64,000 nucleotides of DNA from Octopus sinensis (taxonomy: Eukaryota), in NCBI RefSeq assembly GCF_006345805.1, contig NC_042998.1, forward strand, positions 168,826,001 through 168,890,000, in the 5' to 3' direction. Below the pieces are notes generated by a model. That model was given only the letters and a program-made list of their open reading frames with translations, had not been told where the DNA came from and searched no databases. This document shows, piece by piece, positions 1 through 12,003 of this stretch; within the stretch, counting starts at the first letter, position 1, and each line of letters starts with the position of its first letter. A program made the position numbers and the translations under genes.

Positions 1-92
1 TAAGTACCAGTTACACACTCGGATCGATGTAATCGACTTAATCTCTTTGTTTGCCCTCTCTATGTTTAGCCCCTGTGGGGAATAATAGAAAC
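1..92 (+). mobile_element. SINE family A (young tail type), 3' part cut by the window edge
   Basis: Matches the 3' half of the full copy at 11031-11263 (taagtaccagttac...tgtttagcccc.tgtggg...aata.agaaa). Confidence 0.85.
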
Positions 93-175
93 GAAATTCT
101 TTGAAAATGTAACGGAAGTTAACGTTAATCCGTTAACTCGACACCTTCCTACTCATAACTTTCTGGAATTAGTGA

Positions 176-268
176 TGAGAGGGGAATCTGTTGAATAAAA
201 TCATAATTAACTGATACTCCTGTATTTTCTTTTACCTAAAGCCAGGAACATTTCAGCCCCCATTCCTA
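176..268 (+). mobile_element. Right end of a mariner-derived MITE
   Basis: gagaggggaat.tgttgaataaaat...aaagccaggaac.tttcagc matches the right half of the MITE at 46000-46214. Confidence 0.8.
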
Positions 269-318
269 TAAATATGTATATTTTCACACACGGGATAAAA
301 TATATACGTAAAAATCAG

Positions 319-333
319 CACACACACACACAC

Positions 334-367
<34 letters not shown>
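319..367. repeat. (AC)n microsatellite
   Basis: Direct reading. Confidence 0.98.
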
Positions 368-369
<2 letters not shown>

Positions 370-732
370 CTTCCTGTAATGGTTGGAAGGCAGTGATCGA
401 AAAATAGAAGAGATCATTTTGCACTTACAGCCAAAATGTGTAATACTTTATGAAAACGCACTCGAGAAACGTATTTCCCATCATCAGGCATTAGAATAGG
501 TTGGTCCAAAAATTACTGGATCATTTTGAAATATAATTTTTTACAATTAATTTTTTCAAATTTTAACTTCAGATTATTAACATATAATTCTTGGAAAATA
601 ACCAAGACAGAGCAACAAGTAAAAATAATCGAATTTTATCGACAAAATCAACGGTCAATTATGCAAACCCAAGAGCTTCCATTTCTCATTTTGGGTACAG
701 GCAACCGCCAATTAAGCGATGCTGAACTTATT

Positions 733-890
733 CCTTTTCTTCACAAGGCCCGAAATTTGGGGGGAGTGGGAAATTAGATCAGATCGATCCCAGTACGCAA
801 CTGGTGCTTAATTTATCGAACCCGAAAGGATGAAAGGCAAAGTCGACCTCGGTGTAATTTGAACGCAGAACGTAAAGACAGACGAAATAT
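733..890 (-). mobile_element. SINE family A, older tail type, partial
   Basis: Contains cccgaaaggatgaaaggcaaagtcgacctcgg..aatttgaac.cagaacgtaa, the reverse complement of the family A core. Confidence 0.85.
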
Positions 891-1033
891 ATATAATTCT
901 TTTACAAGAATAGTGTTCACAGTGACTTCGAAGTCACTATCAACATTACTTTTGTAAAAGAATAATATATCTATGTGGTCTTAATTAATGTAAGATTATT
1001 TTTATTATAACTAGACGAAAAAAAAGACATTAA

Positions 1034-1387
1034 CATACATACATACACACACACATACATACATACATACATACATACATACATACATACATACATACAT
1101 ACATACATACATACATACACACATACATAGCATGTCTAAATATGTAAGTATATGCTTGATAAGACACACATAAAACAAAACAAACAAATCTGCACGTATA
1201 CATGCGTACAAAAATACTCTGTTGATGTTTAAATTCCAAGAAAGGAGCTTTGGATCTGGGTTAGAAACTGTCTCTATTGGCAAGAAATCTTGAAATGAAA
1301 CTGAATAATGACATACACACATACATACATACATATACATACATACATACATACATACATACATACATACATACATACATACATACA

Positions 1388-1415
<28 letters not shown>
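1034..1415. repeat. (CATA)n microsatellite split by a 181-bp non-repetitive insert (1130-1310)
   Basis: CATA tracts at 1034-1129 and 1311-1415 flank a non-repetitive segment ending ...gaaactgaataatg|acatac. Confidence 0.9.
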
Positions 1416-1418
<3 letters not shown>

Positions 1419-2439
1419 GTGTACATCTACTTTATACATGCCGTATAAAGATGCTATGAAACTCGTACACTATAACTGTTTACAAAGACATTATCAGTCT
1501 ACTATATAATTTCCTAACTTGCCTCCAAGTAATATTCTAAAAAGATGCAATAAAAAATAAATATGAACCTATACTATTACAGGTGTGTAAAACAAATCAA
1601 ATCATCATTTTGAATCTCGCTGTTCACTCTGCAAATAACGATTTATTATCGGTTGGCAGATCACAGCACGGATCAGCGAACAGCTCGTTCGTCGAAATTA
1701 CAAACAAGGCAATCAGCTCTTCTTAGGTTCATTAGTCTTGGTACTTCCTGGCTCATGAGACATATGTTGCAACACCGGTGTCACAGAATCGCATACACTG
1801 ATGAATTGTGTGTTTTATGAAGACATAATCGTCGTAATGGAGAAGATTTCTTCTGTGACAAACGCTACAGCGATTAACGTATTTGTTTTGAAACCTGCCG
1901 GGACGTATCAAGAATAAATATGAAAGTCATTGTTTCGAATCACACAGTTAACTGTACAAAAAAACTGACTGGTAATAACTGAAATACATCTATAATATTG
2001 TTGACTTTGATTAATATACTCACTCTATTGACAAGTATACGAGTGCACATTTTAACATTTTAGATTACTGAATGTAAGTATGTATGCATGAATCTCTGTG
2101 ATGTATATGTATATATGTGCAAAGAAAGGGAAAATGGGGGATAGATGGAAGAAAGAGGGCATGAAGTTTATCTGAAACTATTTTTACGACCCTCAAAGGA
2201 TAAAAGACAAATATGAAATATGAGCCCAGAACGTAAAGAGCCGGAAGAAATGCTACTAAGCATTTTTATCCGACGTGTTGATTATTCTGCCAGCTCGTCG
2301 CCTCTAAAGGAAGGTAAATAACAAAACGGTAAAGGAGATAAATAGAAATATAACGAGAGAAATAAGTAGTATATAGAAAGAAAAATAGTTTCTATATACT
2401 TTTCCTTCAATAACCTAGTAAAATAAAGTATGTACTTAG

Positions 2440-2570
2440 GTGTGCATGCATGCCTGTGTGTCTACAAAGCTTATATAATCCAAGTTTGACCTTTAGTGGC
2501 CCAGATGTGTGCATGCATGTCTGTGTGTATACAAAGCTTATATAATCCAAGTTTGACATTTAGTGGCTCA
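2440..2570. repeat. 67-bp tandem duplication
   Basis: gtgtgcatgcatg.ctgtgtgt.tacaaagcttatataatccaagtttgac.tttagtggc starts at 2440 and 2507. Confidence 0.95.
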
Positions 2571-2640
2571 GCCTATGTCTACCGACAGATAAATAAATAA
2601 CAGTGATGCTCAAGTAGGCAAAGTAAATTTTATACTTATA

Positions 2641-2858
2641 TAGTAATCCCTCGCCATATCGCGGTTCACCTATCGCGGTTTATTACTTAAGCTTACATCG
2701 ATTTCTCCGTGGTGTTGTTTTGCATTTATAATAATAAATATATACAAATTATGAAAATAATAAAAAATATACAGTACAGTACTGTTTCTACTTCGCGGAT
2801 TATCACCTATCTCGGTGTGTTTTGGAATGTAACACCCACGATAGACAAGAGATTACTG
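2641..2858. mobile_element. pogo/Tigger-like MITE (218 bp) with TA target duplication
   Basis: Left end (c/t)agtaatccctcgccatatcgcgg; degenerate right TIR cacgatagacaagagattactg; TA at 2639-2640 and 2859-2860. Confidence 0.85.
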
Positions 2859-2872
2859 TACTTAATAATATC

Positions 2873-3314
2873 AAATGTTTGCACAAGGCCAGCAATTTCG
2901 AGCAAAGCGGACAAGTCGATTACATCGATCCCGGTGCTTAACTGATACTTATTTTATCGACCAGTAAAGGATGAATGGCGAAATCAACCTTGACGGAATT
3001 TGAACTCAGAACATAAAGATGAAATACCGCTAAGCACTTTGTCCGGCGTGCTAACGTTTCTGCCAGCTCGCCACATTTGCTTACACTTAATAATATCTTT
3101 TCTACTAAAGGCTCGAGGCCTGAAATTTTGGATCGAGGATACTTCGTCAATTACATTGACCCCATAGATCAACTGGCACTTCTTTTATGTAATCTCGAAA
3201 AAGATGGCAATAAAAGTAGATCTCGGCGGAATTTGAACTCTGAACGCAAAGGAAGACGAAATCCCGCTAAGCATTTTGTCCGTCGTGCTAACGATTTTGC
3301 TAACACGCCACCTT
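2873..3314 (-). mobile_element. Two head-to-tail family A SINEs with different tails (2873-3077 and 3098-3314)
   Basis: Both have the A head and core. Tails differ: ...ggccttgtgcaaacattt versus ...ggcctcgagcctttagtagaaaa. They are separated by a 20-bp target copy. Confidence 0.85.
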
Positions 3315-3404
3315 TGCTTACACTTCATAGTATAAGAACAAGAAGCATGCTGTTCATAACATGCTACAATCGATAATGACCATTTACACCGGTAAATTAA
3401 AGTA

Positions 3405-3519
3405 CAGTAATCCCTCGCCATATTGCGGTTCACCTATCGCGGTTTATTATTTAAGCTTACGCCGATTCCTCCATAGTGTTGTTTCGCATTTATAATAAAA
3501 TAAATATATACAAATTATA
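3405..3519. mobile_element. Left half of the same pogo-like MITE as 2641-2858
   Basis: TA then cagtaatccctcgccatattgcggttcacctatcgcgg..., truncated where a SINE begins. Confidence 0.85.
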
Positions 3520-3527
3520 AACGAAAC

Positions 3528-3673
3528 GTCGCTCTTTTCAAGCCTAGGAGGCTCATGGACCCGGTTTCTCGGTTTCTGTGACGTATGCGTTCCCCCCAGC
3601 TGGACGGGACGCCAGTCCATCGCAGCGTTACTCAAGATACAGGAAGAGAGAGAGAAGGTTGTGGCGAAAGAGT
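3528..3673 (-). mobile_element. SINE family F, 3' part
   Basis: Reverse complement of the 3' half of 22331-22610 (ctctttcgccacaac...gatggactggcgtcccgtccagctgggg...gaaaccggg). Confidence 0.85.
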
Positions 3674-3676
3674 TCA

Positions 3677-4047
3677 GGTCTTCCAGATCGCTCATCATCT
3701 TCCAGGAATTTCTTCCGATTTTGAAGCGCCTGTGCTACTCGAAACATTGTATACGATCCATTGCCTCGTCACTGTAAGCTTGCCGAAGCATGCTCAATGT
3801 ATATGTGGAAAATTTCCTAACTTTAATGCAAAATATCACGTTGGCTCTTTGTTCCTGTCCATGACAAAATCGCAGACAACAGTCTACACGTGATCACAAA
3901 AACACAAACTTCACAACTTGCGAAGTAAACACAGCGATGTCCCTTGGCACACTGCATCATGAAGGTCACTGCGCACGCAACCGTGTGCTACCATGTGTTG
4001 ACACCCGTATTTCAGATCCAGTCCGGAAACTTTTTGATATCACCTTG
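3677..4047 (-). mobile_element. Mariner element 5' fragment (TIR plus decayed transposase N-terminus)
   Basis: Minus strand starts TA-caaggtgatatcaaaaagtttccggac. From ATG at 3862 a frameshifted translation includes LSMLRQAYSDEAMDRIQCFE*HRRFK...EDDERSGRP, typical of the mariner HTH region. Confidence 0.85.
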
Positions 4048-5355
4048 TATTCATTTACTATTTCTACGGTACACTTCGAGCTGTTGTCATACTAACAAAT
4101 CCACAACCAGCTCGAATATCTCTTCGCATCTGGAGGCATAGCCTTCAAGTTCTCCAAAGAGATTTGAAGAATGCGTCTTCATGATGCTTTGGATCTTATG
4201 AATGGATAAAATCCTTTTCTGGATATGCAACTTTTTTATCATTTTAACGACTTCTATTTCTTAAGCCCCATCGATTAAAGGCACAAGAATTTATTTAAAT
4301 GAACGTGGAAATATAAATATAAGGCGGTATATTATGTCTTACATTTCTCCTTCCTGCAGAAACCCAGCCTGTTCAAGTCGATGTTTTATACTGACGCGTA
4401 AAAAATGGATATCCTATTCCTCTTCTTAATGGACAAAGAGCGAATGTATCGGTTCATTTTTTCAGTAGTTTTTCGTGGATGCTTTGATCGCAGATAGCTA
4501 GAGAGAATCATCAGTTTCATAGAAGACGTCCACAGCATGGTAAACATTAGTAAACATTATTTATTGAGCAGCCAGCAGCAATAGTAATAGCACAGGAAGA
4601 GCATTTCAAATTGCAGTTGGACAAATTTGATCAGGAACCTAATATTTTGTAGTTTTACCTTTTCCAGAAAATCATAAGATGATATAACCGTTATTGTTAA
4701 GAACTTTATGAATATAATATACTTAACGAATGTGTGCTGTTGAAAAGCCAGAAGCTGCGGTATTCGTCTGCAGAAAAATCCCTTCACAAAACTATATAAG
4801 ATAAAGTCATCCCAAAAGTGAATTCAAAAGTAACAAATACGTATTTCGCCGGCTTTGTGATTTGTCAGTGTCACGAATTCGTATCGCTTCCGAAACGAAA
4901 TCGAATCAGCCACTCTCACTTCTGGAGAGGGATTTCGTTTCGGCTAGCTCTGAAGTATATTGTGCTCTTTTAACACGATGTGTCTATAAAGGGATTTTTC
5001 TCAGATGAAGAACTGTAGCTCCTGGCTTTTCAACTACACTCACACCTTAAGTATATGATATTAATAAAGTTTTTTTTCAACACAGAGAGGCTTCTACAGC
5101 ATAATTAGAATGTAATTATTATGGTCTAATTTGAATTGTACAAATCAAAATACTTTTTCTAAAATACTCTTCACTCAAGTACCGTTCACTTTTGTGACTT
5201 CATTAATGTTGTCAATAAATGCATTTGTGTAATTAAAACTGTCATTTTTTATAATTACGTAATTTAAATGGATACAAGTTCTCTTTATATTTACTTCCAA
5301 ATAATTATTACTTAATCTTCAGAATACTCTTATCTTTAAACAGACAAAGAGACAG

Positions 5356-5473
<118 letters not shown>

Positions 5474-6136
5474 AAGCGCTAACATGCAATCTTAAAGATG
5501 CACTGTTGGCAAAGATTACCTATTGCCGTTTACACAGACCAACAACCGCCTATTACCACAACAGGAATTGATTTCAGAATTTGCTTTTCAGCTTATTTCC
5601 TTTAAGCAAGCACATCATTACACTACATTTTGAGCATTTAGCATTCGTATTTCTGTTACAGTTAATTCCTGGTCCATTACTGGTTCTTTTTAAAATAAAC
5701 ATTATAAACCGATATCTCATTGAAGAATCCTTGCGTTAGTAAATCTTTCAGTTCCTTGTCCATTTGTTACTTGCTCATTGATGTCACTTTCCTTCGCACC
5801 AGCTTCTCTTCTACATTTTCCTGTCCTTGTCATGTTTAATCTGGAGTTTCACTTACTGCTGCGTTGACTATTTTTCCTCTGTTACTTTTGTTTTGCAACG
5901 GTTGCTCTTGAGTTCTTAAGCTATGACAGGTAATTCCAATTTCATTACAGGTGATATTCTGCTTTGTTTTGCTTTTGTTTTAGCATTTCATGGCACATTT
6001 ATATTCTCTAAACTTTACAATTTATGCTTCATTCTTTCTCCTCTCTCTCTCTCTCTCTCTCTTTCCCTCTCTCTCCTATATATATATATATATATATTTA
6101 TTTATACAGGATGAAGTTTCTTCCTGGGTCATATAG

Positions 6137-6360
6137 ACTCATAGGGCCGGTATCCTGATTTCTATTGCATATATATTTCCCAACTGGATGGGACGCCGAT
6201 CCGTCGCAGAATTACTCATTTGCACCAGAAGAGTGGACTGGAACAGCAGGAAATGAAGTATTTTACTCAAAAACACAACGCATCACCTGCTCCGGGAATC
6301 GAAACTACAATCTTATGACCATGAGTCCAACACAGTAACCACTAACCCACGCCCCTCCAC
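6137..6360 (-). mobile_element. SINE family C (CORE-like)
   Basis: Matches 12021-12274; tRNA-like head at the right end (gtggaggggcgtgggttagtggtta). Confidence 0.85.
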
Positions 6361-6394
6361 TATATAGATACATGGATTTATCTTCTTTTTATTT

Positions 6395-6690
6395 TGTCTT
6401 TGACTTGTTTTAGCCATTGGACTGCAACCAAGCTGGGGCACTAGTCAAACTAATGTACTCCAATACCCATTTTTTCTAAAGTCTAGTACTTATTGTATCT
6501 TTCCTTTCTGCCGAACTGTTAAGTTGCGATGACATAAACAAACCAGCACCGGTGATCAAGAAGTGTGTTGAGGGGGAATAAACACAAAGACAAAAACACG
6601 CACACGCATGCACACACAAACATGTATACGACGGGCTTCTTTCAGTTTCCGTCTACCAAATCTATATACAAGGATTCGGTCGGATGAAGC
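6395..6690 (-). mobile_element. SINE family B, diverged partial copy
   Basis: Contains tacgacgggcttctttcagtttccgtctaccaaa and the tail elements of 22983-23383. Confidence 0.8.
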
Positions 6691-7194
6691 CGCCAGGCAA
6701 TGGGATCGAATCTGAAATTATGCCGTTTGAATGCTAAGTTCCTAATATACAACCACACCTGCACCCTTAGATTTATTTCATTTCTCCGCATTCTGTCTTC
6801 ACTTTACACTTTCGATTTATGCCTGTCACTCTCTTCCTCTATCCCAAGTAATTTAGTGCTATGTATTCGCCTTTCCCTACTCTCTATTTATTGCGAAAGT
6901 GAAACATCTGCATTTCTAGTGTTAGAAAGTGAAAGTTAGAAAGGCGAGAGAAAATGAAAGAACATTGAAAACTTTGCCGCATTGCAATAAATGATGGAAA
7001 GAAAGGGCTGGCAGTGTAGATTATTTAGGAGAAATGGTTTGTGGACAGATGATTGCAGGTAGGGCTGCTAATGTAATACGTATTAACTAATACTTCTACT
7101 TTACGAAAAGGACCCTGCACAGACAAATATTAAGTCACTTTAATCATAGGTAGATAAATACATTGAAGCATACACTCTTATACAATGCGCACAT

Positions 7195-7358
7195 GCACGC
7201 AGTCACACAGACACATACTTATATAGAGAGATAGAGGAATGCGTGTGTGTAATATATACATATCATGCATGTATACGAGCGTGCATGCTTGCACGCATGT
7301 ATAAACATATACATTTATGTATATACGTAAATATAATATGCATATGCGTATATATGTA

Positions 7359-7399
<41 letters not shown>

Positions 7400-7454
7400 T
7401 AAATACATATGTATATACATACGCGCACGCTCACACACGCACTCGCATGCACAT

Positions 7455-7492
<38 letters not shown>

Positions 7493-7500
7493 ACACATGA
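7195..7500. repeat. Compound (TA)n/(CA)n microsatellite region
   Basis: Direct reading; the ORFs here are YI/HT repeats. Confidence 0.95.
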
Positions 7501-8993
7501 GTACAATCGGCAATAGAAGCTATTTGGAATCTGATATTAGTGCAAACATGCAGCCTGCAGTTCTTTGAACATGCAATTCCCTTTTAAATCCGTGCCAAAT
7601 ATATATAGATTTGCGTGAGTAATTTCATCTTCAATTAAGGAAAATAACTAAATTTTAGTTGATCGGTTACACAAACATATTATGCGAGTAATTACATGCA
7701 CACACACACACACACACACACATTACTCATTCACGTACACTCGCGCGCGCACTCACACATATACACACACACACGTGTGTAGATATATATGTATGCATTT
7801 ATGTGTGTATCCATGTATGTATGTAAGTATATGCACACGCATACGTGGACTCCACACGTAATTCTTTCTTTAACAAGATACCTATATTATTAAAAGTGCA
7901 TGCGTGAGAGTTCTCACAATAAAAAAGAAGATCGTTCTTGCATTCTTGCGTGTGATCCTTATATATGCTATATATATATATATGTGCTAAAATAAAATAT
8001 ATATATATATGCTAAAATATATGCTAAAATAAGGAAAACATGCTTCAAAGAAATAATCCTTAACACAAGGATTAGCGAGAATAAGGCTGTAAGTTTTAAT
8101 ATGCATTTATATAGTTCAATTTACATTCCTCAGGTTAATGTATTTATATATATCTTTATATGGCTCTACATAGCTGAACAACGAAGATTTGCATAATATA
8201 TGCAAAATAACAAAAAGTGTTGACTGCTGCTGTACAGCTTGTTATGATAGTACACACTGGCCACACATCACAGGTCTTGCTTGAACTGTTGGTGATTAGA
8301 GTACATTTAATGTTATGCAAGTAGTGTCCCTGGTCTGAACAAAGAGAAAAAAGAGAGGAAGATAGAGAGAGGAGGAGGAAAGGTAGGAGGGAGAGGTCAT
8401 ATGAAAGAGCGACGGGAGAGAACAGGGAGAGGTAAACATAAAAAGGAGAAAAGTGAGAGGAAGGTGAGAGATATAGAGGAAGATTACAAAGGAGGAATTA
8501 ATGTGGTTTAAAAATATAGTTCAAAGCTCGAAGTGACTTGTATTAAACTATAACATACAGTATAGTAACGAGTGCAAAATATGCTTACACATATGTTTAT
8601 ATGTATGCATATATATATGCAGATATGTATTATATATGTGTGTGTGTACATTTATGTATATGGTGGTGCCCCAGCATGACCGCAGCTTTGAAGCTGAAAC
8701 AATTTAAAGAGTTAAAGAATTAAAGAATACACACACATATACATATACATAAAAAACATATATATATATATGTATGTATGTATGTATATGTATGTGTGTG
8801 TACGCGCACACATACACACATACACAAACACGAGTGCGCACACAAATACATATAAACATATATACATGCACACACATATATATGCACAAGCTAGCATACA
8901 TACATGCTAGCATGCACGCATACATACATACATATATACATACATACATACATACATACATACATACATGTATATATACATACATACATACAT

Positions 8994-9101
8994 AACCTAG
9001 AAACACTAGGTTTATCAAAGAAAGAGCAAAAGAAACTTGCGCGCAGTATCCAAATCCAATCTATTCGCAGCACAGTGAGGATCTGTAAAACGTACCAAAG
9101 A
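8994..9101 (+). mobile_element. Probable C-terminal fragment of an RLE-type (R4/NeSL/CRE-like) non-LTR retrotransposon ORF
   Basis: Translates NLETLGLSKKEQKKLARSIQIQSIRSTVRICKTYQR directly after a (CATA)n tract. The resemblance to RLE-element C-termini is from memory, not from a search. Confidence 0.5.
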
Positions 9102-11030
9102 GTCTCCATCTCAGATTCTTTACAAGAACAGATGCACTTGCTTGAGTGTGTGTATTTACACTTCAACAAACACGTCGACTCAATCGCATATTTGCTAACA
9201 CCGGGGACTTACTTAACTCAAAAAGTCTTGATGCTTTGTTTGCGACCGACTTAGATTCGCTTCAGAAGAACTTAAATAAGATTCAAAGATAAGCATACAT
9301 TCCAACGCACATGATGGCTGCAACTCTATTTCAAGCAGTGCTAGGATACTTCTGTTAAATGTAAGCAGCACAATTGTGGCTTTTCTCTCTTGCTTGGGAT
9401 CAGCTCTCTTTTGCACAGACGTGGCAATGATGGGCGCCTCTTGCAACTGGTGTTAAGAGAGGTCACTACCTACACTGACACATTCCGTCATTCTGTCATG
9501 GAATTTTTCAAAACGTATTTTGCCTTTTTCAGCTACTGCCAGCTACAATATACTACATATAATAGAGATGTTAAAAATAAATCAGTGCCTGAGCCTGAAT
9601 CATATTAAATTGAGGAACGACCTTGCACAAGACCAGTCTCATTCTCTCAATAACGTATGCATTTGCTCCAAAAGAAGTAGTAGTCTACATCATTGGGTAC
9701 AAACAAAGTTGCAAATGTTGTATCGGAGTTAGTCTTCTCGAAGACAGGTGTCTAAACAATGGTTAACAATCTCTCATTCCCAACTACTGGATGGCCATTG
9801 ACTCTACTGCGCTCATCCGCCTTTTGGCAGGTTTTATTTTTCGTCTTGCAAGGTGTCCAACAAAAACCACCCTCCAAACTAAGCAAGCTTGTTGGCTTGC
9901 CGGTTTACTTGCCGACGGTTCCATCAGTCAATTATACAATCATACCTACATACATGTGTATGTAAGTAAAGCATGCAATGCATACCTAAGATATATAAGT
10001 GAATGGGAAAAAAAAGTGAATTTTATATAAATTTTCCGTTTAATGAAAGAAAGAGTGAAGGTACCTAGATCGACCATATAATATGATTTTTAAAATTTCA
10101 TGCTATGACTGAATACGAGCGCACACATACACGCTTATACAGAGAAAAAGACAGACAGTGTGGGAAAGATGCAAGCATAGACGTGGTTAAGACGTTGACT
10201 TCGCAGGTCTATAGTTTCTGGTTCAATCACACAGCGGAACCTCTTGGGCAAGTACCTTTTACTCTGACCTCAATTTACTCAGTATCTTCTCAGTGGAATT
10301 TAGTATACAAAATCTGCACAGTAAATAACCACATGTGTGTGTGTGTGTTATATGTAGCCCTTATATTTAGTTTAGAAATATAGCTCCCCTAAGTGCTTTA
10401 AGTCTAAAACTTCGGCTTCTTCATTTGAATGAAATGGTAGCAATAATAGTGGCATGTTGTTTTGCACTTTTTACCGTAGATGGCAGTGAATCGTTGGAAT
10501 AGTGCTAACAGTGATAAAATATTCATCGCTGTTAAAATTATTTAATATTTATCGCCTCGTAAATTTCATGTTTATTTTATGTGTGCTCTGTTGGATTTTA
10601 GTTGTATTTTACAAATTATAAAGATTTTATATTTAATCGTTTTTGTTGTTTTTTTTAATGTTTAGTGGATAATTATATTTGATGCCAGTACTAATAACTG
10701 TTTTTCTATCAAATTTTGTTTCGTGTAACATTTTTGCTCCAAAGTGATTTCTATTGAAAATTTAACGCTTCCCCGTCACCTGACAGGTAAGTGTCGGTTT
10801 TATGTATCTGAAGGGGCAATTTGATTCGTGATGTAACTTCCATGTTAACATAAATCAGCTCGTACTGCAACAACCTCTTGTGTCTCTTAAGAGGAAGTCT
10901 GAACTTTTATATTATTGCCAACAAGGTAGTTTTCTATTAGCTCATATTAATCCACTAGTTTTTTAACCGAGTACATACATTTTACTCTAATTTTCACCGC
11001 AATTTTCTATTTCAATATAATGTCGAACAA

Positions 11031-11263
11031 AAAGGCGGTGAGCTGGCAGAATCGTTAGCACGCCGGGCGAAATGCGTAGCTGTATTTCGTCTGTCGTTAC
11101 GTTCTGGGTTCAAATTTCGCCGAGGTCGACTTTGCCTTTCATCCTTTCGGGGTTGATAAATTAAGTACCAGTTATGCACTGGGGTCGATGTAATCGACTT
11201 AATCCGTTTGTCTGTCCTTGTTTGTCTCCTCTGTGTTTAGCCCCTTGTGGGTAGTAAAGAAAT
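11031..11263 (+). mobile_element. Full-length SINE family A (young type) with 16-bp TSD; central domain resembles the Meta domain
   Basis: tRNA-like head aaggcggtgagctggcagaatcg...gttcaaatt; core gaggtcgactttgcctttcatcctttcggggttgataaattaagtaccag; TSD ATATAATGTCGAACAA at 11015-11030 and 11264-11279. Confidence 0.95.
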
Positions 11264-12003
11264 ATATAATGTCGAACAATTGCAAAGGAGACTACTTTTA
11301 TTTATTGGATCAGAGTAACCTACTTTCAGAAACAATCCAAAAGTCTCACCTAGATCTCATCTATGTACTGATTCTATCATGCGACTTGAATTGACTTATA
11401 TGAATGAGCTTTACACATAATTCTAAGAAAACCAGCCTTATTTGGGAGCTGCTGAAGACTCACCTCTTAACGTTAATATATCCAGACGATGTCAAGTACT
11501 TTTATGTTTGTGAGTGTACAAGTAGCACAAATCTAAGTCAAACTGTTGATACAAACATTTGAACTCCATAATGTGTATCGAGTGCACTTTTCTTACGCTT
11601 GTTCACCAAACTGTATATATGTATGTTCGCATTTATGTCTACAACCCGGTATTGTCGCTTATGTTGTTACTTTACACTCCATAAGTTAACGACAAATAAA
11701 TAACAAATAAGTAACCCACTGAAGTAAATACTGTGACTTGTCGATGCGTTCAACTAAAACCCCAGAAGGCGGTGCTTCAATATAAGCAAAGTCCAATAAC
11801 AGATATGCTCCAAAGAATAAAAGAATGAAAACATATATGTGTTAATGCGTTTATGTGTGAACGTTTGTTTTTATTGATATATATATATATATTAAGCACA
11901 CATTTGAGAAACTGCGTTTCAAAATTTGATCAGTAATGCTTAGTAATGCAGTCACTCGGTACGTGGTAGACGTACAGTACATGTCTGCATATGCATCTAT
12001 ATA

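Noticed and set aside
2440-2570. Link between this 67-bp duplication and the 67-bp minisatellite at 57608
   Set aside because: The sequences are unrelated; equal length is taken as coincidence.
8155-8334. Minus-strand acceptor followed by a 59-codon open frame
   Set aside because: The pyrimidine tract is simply the complement of a GA-rich simple repeat, the peptide is unrecognised, and there is no good donor.
10481-10535. TGGCAGTG miR-34-like seed with a small downstream hairpin
   Set aside because: The putative mature sequence does not pair into a pre-miRNA-length stem.
11031-11110. tRNA genes
   Set aside because: All tRNA-like A/B-box segments are SINE heads that continue into SINE bodies; no complete cloverleaf was found.
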